DNA of 64,000 bases from Amoebophrya sp. A120. Taxonomy: Eukaryota; Protista; Dinoflagellata. A program made the position numbers and the translations under genes. Location of the stretch: positions 793,172-857,171 of the forward strand of contig CAJINV010000022.1 in NCBI GenBank assembly GCA_905178155.1, in the 5' to 3' direction. Shown here piece by piece: positions 55,601-64,000 of the stretch. The notes beneath the pieces are model-generated. The model saw only the letters and a list, made by a program, of their open reading frames with translations, had not been told where the DNA came from and ran no database searches. Numbering within the stretch: position 1 is the first letter of the stretch; every line of letters starts with the position of its first letter.

Positions 55601-58060
55601 GGACAAGAACCCCCACGCAGGCAGGCCGGAAGCGCCGTTCGCGCTATATACTAGGCGCGCAACGGCGCGCGGTTGGGGCTGTCTGTCTGATGGCAAAAAC
55701 AAGGCGCAAAGAGGGAGGGGCCCCAAAAGGCACGAGGGCGGGCCGCGTCGGGTCTAGGCGCCCTAGCTTCCTGGCGGCGCGGGGGGCGCCAAGCGCGACC
55801 GCGCCAAATACTTTAGCGGCCGCCCGCAGCAGCAGACAGATTTCCAGCGCTTAGACAGAGTCGAGCATGAGCTTTTGTGTCGGAATCGTTTCTTGTAAAG
55901 AGGAAAAGGCCGTCTGGCGGTCGCGCTTTTGCAGAGAAGACAAGATGTGAAAACCACAGCAAATCCTATGTACATGGAGGCCCAGCACTAGGCTGCGCGC
56001 TGCTTCACTCTATTTTTTCAGCAAGCCAACTGGCAAGCGCCTTTCTTGCTTCTGCCCATGCAAACTCCTGCGCTATTGTTTGTCTCCGAGTTTATCCTTC
56101 TAACCATTTCAAAGTGCAAAAATTTGAAAGACGCCGGCAATTCGTTCTCCGGTACACCGCCACCGGAATCCGACATGAGGTTGAACAACAGCAGGCGGTC
56201 GTCAATGCCAGACCCGAGAAGATTTGCGTCGGCGCTGTTGTCGCCGAAGAAGCGGATCCGGGGCAGCTGCATGATGTCCTGCAAGAGTGGGTGCAAGATT
56301 CCGAGCAGGCAGGCTGCTGCCTGGGCCGCCTTGAGACCCTCGGGATCGTCCTGTTGCTGGTTTTTTTTGTTTGCTGCGGACCGCTTGTTCCTCGACGGTA
56401 AAACTCGCGGAGCGGATGTTGCAATAACCCGCGGGCCGAGTTTTCTCGTCCCGGTAGCACCGCAGGCGGACGCATCCTGCACCGAGATCAGCGTCACGAG
56501 GATCTCCGCACCCTTGTCCAAGAGGACCCTGCTCCCACCATCCAGGATGGATCTTTGCTCCGCCAGTGCAAGCAACATTCCCAATTTTGTCGCGTCGAAC
56601 TCAACGCGGAGCATGGGGGTGGCGCCACGCTCCCAAGCCGCAACTATTTCTGCACGAATTCCAACCGAAACCGCTTTTGCTAGTTGCGACGCGACCCGGC
56701 GCATCTGCAGCACCCGCGCCTGTCTTTTCGGCAGTTCTTTCTGGAAGAAGGAGTTGATGAGGTTGCGAACAAGGTCTTCTCCACTTGGACCGGCAACCGC
56801 GTCGCCCGGCGTCTCCGCGTGGGCTAACTCCTCGCCCCCTGCTTCCGGAGCGGCGAGAAGAACATCACCACCCACTCCACCACCCCGGGTTCCGGATTTT
56901 TGCTGAACCGCATCTCCTGCAGCCGTGCTGCAGCCCATGGAAGAAGATGCTGCAGCCCTGCGGCTCCCCTCCAACATCCGGCGCTGCCCTTTTTCCGCAC
57001 CGCCTGCAATTCGGGCGCGGCTCCGTTTCGCCAGTTGCGTATCGCGGCGCTGCGGCTCGAGGTTGGAGTTGACTACTGTGGCGCATGGGGCGAACACACG
57101 TCTGCGGCGGGATGAGTCAAAGCACAAAAATCGGCTCTGCGTGGCTGCCAGCCGTTGCCCAGTTGTGGCCACGGCCGTCAAACGGAGGGCCACATGTCAT
57201 GCTGAAGACGAATGGGGAAGAAGCATCCTTCTCGCTTCTTAACCTTGAAATGACCTCTGCCCTAGAACGCTCGCAACTTGCCTTGCGGCGAAAACTTTGG
57301 CTCATCCCGACCTACGAATATTCGCAGTTGATATGGTGCGCGCCGTATTAATTTCGGCGGCGCGGGACTCCCGGTGCAATTTTCGCAAAACCAGCTCCTT
57401 CAGTAATCGCAGCTGGAACGCTTCGCCTTTGGTGGGTGCCGCAAATTGCGCTCCGAAGCCCCGGCCCGGCCCGTTTTCGTTTTGCGCCGCCTGGTTTCCG
57501 CCTCCTAGCGCCACCGCCTCAACTGGCTGTGGCCCGTTGTAATCGTCCCAAGTGCAGATCGTCGCGGTGCTGAAGTCGCGGGAATGCGCACCGGCTAGAA
57601 ACACGCCTTCCCGAAAGTCGTCCTCCGCCATCTTCTGGCCACGCACGCGAATGTCGCCGATGGGTCCCGTAGCTTCCGGCCAAGGCCCTCGCCCACCCGC
57701 TAGAGAGACCAAGCGGCCCGAAGAAGAAGAAGCTGCAGCTCCACTTCCCAAGCAGTTGTTCTTCGAAGAAGATGACGAAGGCACTGTGTGGGGGGCTGCG
57801 ACATGGTCAAACTCACCAAAAAAGTTTCCGGTTGGTAGCCCCGACTCCCTCCGCTCGGACATGCATGCCATGATGAACTCGGACGAAGCACCACCATCGC
57901 CAAAACCCGGGCGGAGGCCGCGCTCTTCGGCATCTCGCTCTCGGGCAACTGCAAGACGAAAGTCCTCGCGTGTGAAGATCCGGGAAGCGGCAGACGGCAG
58001 GGCCGGCACCACAGCCGCCGGGCCGGCTGCGCGTTTCTTCCGTACTTTGGTCTTCACCAT
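49685..58060 (-). CDS. Very large multi-exon hAT-like DDE transposase with long low-complexity extensions
   Basis: Collinear motifs MLRVEFDAT (~56595), EILVTLISV, IRFFGDNSADAN (~56241), RCFYSAFSWAF (~54515), PPSDTRWWSILLC (~54205), FP...FFIGWPSCKNE (~52674); exon joins not fully resolved. Confidence 0.5.
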
Positions 58061-59014
58061 CCTGCGGAGTTGAAGGACGTAGAGCTAGAAGCTCAGCTTC
58101 AGTATGATGCTGAGGTCGTGCTACTCGGCCAAACGACTGAAGAACGACTTGGATGGACTGGAGGCGAAGTCGAAAAGCAACGCATTCCACGCCAGAAAAT
58201 AACTCACAACACAGACACAAAGTCACGAAAGGGGTGTGCTCATTTGTTGCCGATCGTCATAAGCAACGTGCCGCAACTCGTAAAAAAAAAAAGCCACCAC
58301 CCGTGGGGCTGCAAGGTAGCTCAATAACCGAAATCAAACGAAGCTTGCGAAGCTCGTATCGTGCTCCGAGATCAGCGAGCGCCAAAGCTCTAGCGGCTCA
58401 GTTGCACGCGGGGCAAGGGCTCGGGCACCAACGAACAACGACGGACCGCAAAGAAAACAAAAGACCAAGTCTGAAGCATTCGCCATGGACCGGGTACGGT
58501 TTACATCATGGAAACGAATGGGGAAAGCTTTCGGGCATTCCCTAGTGCGGATTGTTTTTTGCAGTCGCTTTCATCGATGATTTTTCTGATCACCCTGCTG
58601 TGGTAACTCCTGCTACAGGCACTGGACTAAGGAGCAACGCCATCACTACTACGAAGCGCGAGAGCTACTAACTATTACTGCGCGCCTTCAAATAAGTCTT
58701 CTTCATCTAACTATTATTCATTACGGCGCCGCCTTCAAATAAGTCTTCATCTACGCGGCCAACTCAGCGTCCATGGCTGGGCAGCTGCGCGGTCGTGTCT
58801 GAATTGTGAAAGAAAGATAGACCGCAGCGCGGGTAAATCAATGCGCGTAAGCGTGCTCGCCCTACGCCTACCTTGGTGCCTCGCTGAAGGAGCGTCGTCT
58901 TCTAGCCCTTCGCGGGGCCTCACATGGCTGCAACGGTACCAAATGCAGGCCGAGCGCCACCTCTATCCCGAGCCCAAATCCACTGCAGGCCTGGTGGCTC
59001 GCGGAGCTGTGCGG

Positions 59015-61941
59015 TCAGCCCGCCTTCGCCCCCCATGCTGCAGCCGCGTTCTTCCTTCGCTGCTGAAGTCGGGAGATTGAGGCCGCTACATCTCTATCAG
59101 CCACCCTGGCCATGTGTTCCTGCTCCGCAACGCGCTGTGCTGCGCGCAAGATGGCGTTACGCTGTCGGTTCCGGATTTGCGCCTGCTGCCTGTCGGACTC
59201 CATGGCGTCCCGGTACTCTGCGACCACTGCCTTTGCGGCCTTGCTCTTCGGCTTCTTCTGTTCGGCTTGCGGTATTTCCGAGCACTTCTCCCTGGCTGTC
59301 TTTAACCGTGCCGCCGCCTGCTTCTTATCGCGCGCAGACTGTGCGCCCTCTGCTTCGGCTTGCTTGAGAAGTTTCTGGAGTTTCGCAAGATCCTCGTTTT
59401 GTTTTCGCGCGCTCGCCCGGAAACGCTCGACGCACTGCGTTAGTTCTTCGTCTTCGTTCTCCGCGGGGTCAAAGTCCTGACCACTACTACTTCGCCCTGA
59501 CGCGGATTTGGCAAGTTCGGCGCTGAGGCCATCTTCTCCGGGGCTTCCTGCACTCCGTTCTCGTCCGTTATTTCCACCCACAGGTCGCAGCTCGCTCTCC
59601 AAGTCGATCTTCCGGAACTTTGACTGCGCCTCGGCGAATTGTTGTTCCGCCTCCGCTTCAAACGGCACCAGCGAACGCGGCGGCGACGCACACAGCTCGA
59701 GGGCTGTGTCTTCCGGAATCGCGACAAGATTCGAGGGCATGCTGCGCACGCGCTTCCCCGCAGGCTTCTCAACCTTTCCGGTGCGGTTGTTCCAAGTGCT
59801 ACTGCTCTTCCCCCGGTCCCCGTCGGCGAAACCAGGTGTGTGCGGCGCTGCGGCCTGTATCACATGATAGGAACTGGCCGCGGCCCGTCCCTCCAACTTC
59901 GCCTTCGTGCCCGCCCTGCCTGAAGAGCTGCTTGCTATGCAATGCAAAAGAGGCGCACTAGTATTGTATAAATTGCATTACAAATTAACTGCGTCGTATC
60001 ATCGTCGTCGTCTATCCTGTATAAATCTACTACCTTCATACTGCTGCTTTACCTTGCGGAAGAAAAGCGCAATGCATCAATGCAATTCTTACTTATTACG
60101 AGCGCGATGCTTTTGCACTGGATACTCGCCGCTTGGTGTTTGTTGTGCGTGCTCCTGTTGTCGGAAGGTGTTGTTGCAGCTGCGGGCTGCGCAGGCCCTG
60201 GCAAAGCAGAGGGGGTGCGAGTTTCGTGCTTCGCCGCAACTGGAAGTAGCGACGTTTTGGGATCTTCGTGTTTTTCGATGGCGCCGCACTGCTGCCACTG
60301 CCTTCCGCTTCCGCCTCTTGTCCTTGCCACTGCGCCGATCGTATTGGAATGCAGGCTGGACGCAGCGTCACTTTTATCACTGGCGTCCCCGCCCAGCTCG
60401 TGCCCTGCCTTTCCTGAAGCAGCAGCTGTTCGCGAAGACGAGATAGCCGCCCCGTCGTCATTAGTGACGACGTCCGTCCCCCCACAGTACAGTGATGGCC
60501 CAGCCTCAGTCAGGCCCTGGGCTTGAGACGTGGCCGCAGGAAGATGAGGCGCGGCCGGCTTCTTGTCCGATGGAATCGCCGCTGCCTTCCCGCTGTGAGC
60601 TGCCGCCGAGACGTAGAAAGCAGGCGGCAATCGCTGCTTTTGCGGCGAAGCCACCCGTAGCACAGCAGACTGCTGTCGCGGCTGTAGTTGTAGTTGGCCA
60701 CCGGGTGCCGCGTCGTTAGTGGGCGCCGACGTTTTGCCGCGCTGCACGCTCACGTGGGCTGGCTCCGGCGGCGGTGCTGCTGTAGTTGTCTTGCCACGCT
60801 GCCGACTGCAACCGGCCCAACTGCAATGACAGTAAAACGGCCCGGCGCAGAGGCATGTCTTGCTGCGGTTCCACATGCGCTGCAACTTGCAGTACTCGTA
60901 CGCGGGGCCCTGCATTTCTGCTTCGCCAATCGCGCGTCGACCTCCTCGGTCGGGGTTTGGCCTCCTCGGTCGCTCCGTCTCTTCCTCGTCCGGGGTTCGA
61001 AGCTGCCATTTTTTTGCCGGCTCGCCAGGAGCTGCAGGAGAAAAAAGCTCGGAATGGAGGTTGCCGACCTCAAACACGCTCGTGGGAGCTAGAGCACGGC
61101 CAACGCCATATTTGCCGCCCAGAACGCCGCCCTTGCTAAACTGTTGATCCCCGTCCCGGAGAGCGACGTCTGGGCGGCCTTCAGCTGCTGGAAGCCCTGC
61201 GTTTTTGCAAAAGCGCGCCACCGCAGCGTCGGCTGCTTTCCGCATTTGTATCGAGCAGCTGACCTTTTTGGCCTCCGGCTGCTTCGCCCCGCGTTTCTTG
61301 GGCTCTGCGCACTTCTTTCTTCCAGGAGTTTCAGCTTGTTGCGAGTGGAGTGCGTCAACTTGTCCTGTTGAGGTGCAGCTATTGCTCTTCTGCGCCGCGC
61401 TGGAGCTCTGACGCCTAGACTCCTCGCGCGGGTTAAGCCGAGACGAGAAAGAAGTCGCAGACGGATTTAAAAAAGTTACTGTTGCTGACATGGTTGCCAA
61501 CTCTTTCGTCTGTTCCGGATTTAAAAAACGACCGCCGGCACCGGGGTCTGCACCTCGTCCACGATGCACTGCAATCGGCGGCGAAGGCTCCGCTGCTGTG
61601 CTGGCCGCGATTGGTGCGCCTGGTCCTCGTCCGGCCTCGGCCGACGATGGCGGGGACAGCTGGCGAACGGCCGGTAGCGCTTCTATTCCAAAAAAGAGGT
61701 GCCTCGCTGCAGAGGCGGGGAAAGCAAAGCCACCGTCGGGGCCCTCACCCGCGCATGACGGTTCCTCTCCAGCGCCAACCGCTGGCAATCCGTCTGTGTT
61801 ATTTTTAGCAAGAACGAAATTGAAAACGCCCCAGAATAAACGCCGGCCAAATTGGTTTCTAGAGAAGGGCGAGCCCCTCCTCCTCGGTCTTGGGATGGAC
61901 ATGCTGGGTCGGCCAGCTAGCACATCTAGAAGCGCGCGCAA
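59015..61941 (-). CDS. Orphan low-complexity protein (~880 aa after splicing) with Cys cluster and C-terminal coiled coil
   Basis: ORFs 60049-61941 and 59015-59947 fuse in frame (HQAAS-SSSGRAG) when 59936-60124 plus one DR is removed; CKL...CLCAGPFYCHCSWAGC. Confidence 0.65.
59936..60124. mobile_element. Introner family D
   Basis: tatgcaatgcaaaag...cgatgcttttgcactggata; DR cttgc/ctcgc. Confidence 0.85.
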
Positions 61942-62029
61942 TATGTAATAGGAATAGAGTAGCTACATCTGCCAGCGAATACACAACAAGGCGTTTTTTA
62001 ACGACCTGCCTACGCAACTTCTTAACTTG

Positions 62030-62746
62030 TTAAATTGCTTCTGCAAAGAATCGGCATACTGGCTTACCTGAAGCTAGGACCAGTCGCACCGGAGAAGTCG
62101 GCGGAGCTGCAGTTCCGTCCCGTCCTGCTGTTGTCGTTAGTAGACCGCCCCCACGATCGCGACTGCTGCTGCTGCGGGACTGTTGAGGCGCTTTTTTGTG
62201 CGGGGAGGAGAATACGCCTGTGCTAGTGCCCGACGTGCCCAACGGCTGTTCTCCGAGGCGGGCGATAACGCGGCTTGTGACTTTGCTGCCGGTCGGTGGA
62301 CGATAGAAGAGCCCCCGCGGCGATGTCTCTGGCGATTTCTGGAACCAGTTCAGCTGCCGCCTGCAGCTGTAGTCGCGCTTCATCATCCCTTCGAGCTCGG
62401 TCTTGGTGCGGACCAGGAAAGCGCTTTTCTCCTCCGGAAGAACCCAACACTCGCGAAGCCCCTTTCCCATGTTCGGACGAATATGCAGCCAGCACTGCCC
62501 GCCGCCGCCTTTGCCCCGGAAGCCGCTCTGCGCGATCGGCTTTTTTGGTAAGAGCCGGAGGACTTGGCTCTTCGCGCTTGTTGTGCTGTTCCGCCGTTCA
62601 TGGCCGTCGCGGGCCGGGCCGTCTGCACGCAGGGACGGCCGCAATTTTGACTTCGCGCTGGTGGCGGCACGTTTGTCCGACGCGCCCTTCTTGCAAGTCG
62701 CGCTTGCAGGTCTGCATCCTGCCAGCGACGGACCACGCCCGACCAT
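62030..62746 (-). CDS. Hypothetical basic protein, possibly an upstream exon of the 59015-61941 gene
   Basis: 238-aa ATG ORF on the same strand, 90 bp upstream. Confidence 0.4.
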   Translation of the reverse strand: MVGRGPSLAGCRPASATCKKGASDKRAATSAKSKLRPSLRADGPARDGHERRNSTTSAKSQVLRLLPKKPIAQSGFRGKGGGGQCWLHIRPNMGKGLRECWVLPEEKSAFLVRTKTELEGMMKRDYSCRRQLNWFQKSPETSPRGLFYRPPTGSKVTSRVIARLGEQPLGTSGTSTGVFSSPHKKAPQQSRSSSSRDRGGGLLTTTAGRDGTAAPPTSPVRLVLASGKPVCRFFAEAI

Positions 62747-64000
62747 GGTCGCTGCCCCAAAGATAACTCTTCGCCCCGATGGCGGGACCCGAGGGGACCA
62801 CGCGTCTCACCAAGAGGTAGGAAAATGAAGATCGCTGTTTCACCGCGAAGTGCCCAGCTTTCGGCTAGGCGTCTGTACTGTTGAAGAGCTCGGCGCCATG
62901 ATGCAGGAGCGGTGGTTGTTCTCGTTCGCGACCAAGATCCGCGGAGGTTGTCCTGGTACGGTCAGAAGATTAGCGGCACTCAGCAAGAAGATGCTGCGCG
63001 AACGGTCGCGCCCCCCGTATGTTTTCCTGCTCAGTGAGGCTGGTGCGCGGGTGTGCTTAAGGGTAAAAGGCGGGACCCCGTACTAGCATCCGCCGATCGA
63101 TCAGCGAAGGGCGGCGAAGATAGCAGCTACACACTGACGCTGCCAATAGATAGCTGCTAGAAGGTCAGCTCAACTCTTCTGCATTGGAGCGGAGAAATAG
63201 TTGTTAGAAGGTCTGCACTGGGGCGGGGGGTGCTCCAGTGGGCCAATAGTGTGAAGAAGTGCCCAACTGCGCAACTGCACTAAGTGGCAAGTACTGCGGC
63301 GGCCGTCCCTGTGCCGAGCGTGATCAGTAGGTCCTGCCGAGCCGTCTTGTTCGCCGCCTTGATCTGATGTTTTCCAGCTCGGCCGCGCGTCGTTGGTTGG
63401 CGAGGACGCTGGCGCCCAGATTCGCAGGCTCTGACTACCATTATTTGCACCTTTCAGCCGCAACTGCCACTAGTCCAATTACAGATGGTGTCCTACTAGC
63501 AACCTAGCTCAATTATGGTTGACGCAAAGCCGCTACTGTGCTTATCTAGTAGCGCGCGCGTCGCGTTGAAAAATCTATCTTCAAGAAAAAGGCAGACGAG
63601 CCTCAAGCGCTAGTTATTTGCAGCGCCCACCTGTCGAAAATTCCAAAGCAGAACGAACTACGGCTCTGCGTTCGGGATGACAACAAAAAAAGCGATGATC
63701 TTGAAGAACTGCGATTCGAAGCGTTCACTTGTACGGAGACTGCTCCCAAGCTGCTTTATGTGAACATGAACAAACTTTGCTGAGGAACTGCGAACCACCT
63801 CAATCCCCGGCCCTGCAAAAAAGTTGCTCGAAGGGAAAAAGGCCCGCTACATGCTTGATCGTGGCTTGGCTGAGTTCTTTGAAACATATAACACGCAACA
63901 GATCATCATCGCGCTCGCAATCTGGTCGAAAAAAGTAAGAACCCACAGAAAAGGATCGCAATCTCTTGTCTCGAATCAAGGCCAGATCTCAAGCATGGAA

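Larger units (their letters stand above)
31578..64000 (-). mobile_element. Putative giant (>32 kb) cargo-carrying DNA transposon or nest of elements inserted in an introner
   Basis: Abrupt breakpoint inside an introner, large fall in introner density, GC-rich blocks, all credible genes on the minus strand, hAT-like transposase present; right end not seen. Confidence 0.55.

Noticed and set aside
31578-64000. Endogenous giant virus or Polinton/Maverick
   Set aside because: No capsid, packaging ATPase, PolB or integrase motifs recognised, and the genes are intron-containing; not excluded for the part outside the window

Overview
This is eukaryotic nuclear DNA from a dinoflagellate-lineage organism, most likely a syndinian such as Amoebophrya. 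The evidence is a DVNP gene (19048-19416), a 21/22 match to the dinoflagellate spliced leader (19970-19991), and 30 short (145-332 bp; two partial, one expanded by a nested insert) TAT...ATA inverted-repeat elements with 5-bp direct repeats, in at least 8 sequence families. Removing each element plus one direct repeat by hand rebuilds continuous reading frames that the ORF track misses: a PAS-like gene (11385-16315) and a signal-peptide gene (27178 to beyond 31463). The elements therefore behave as non-canonical introns (introners). 1905-10353 is a young Penelope-like retroelement on the minus strand, with 670-bp pseudo-LTRs and a GIY-YIG upstream of the RT; a 3.25-kb foldback element separates the two. 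At 31578 an introner is cut mid-body and its right half does not reappear in the window. The remaining 32.4 kb is a block of minus-strand genes that looks like a giant cargo-carrying DNA transposon or a nest of elements. It encodes a very divergent multi-exon hAT-like DDE transposase, a protein resembling the aGPT-Pplase1/5-hmdU DNA kinase family of thymidine-hypermodification enzymes, an AP2-like protein and orphans. All protein family calls come from motif recognition by eye; no searches were run.
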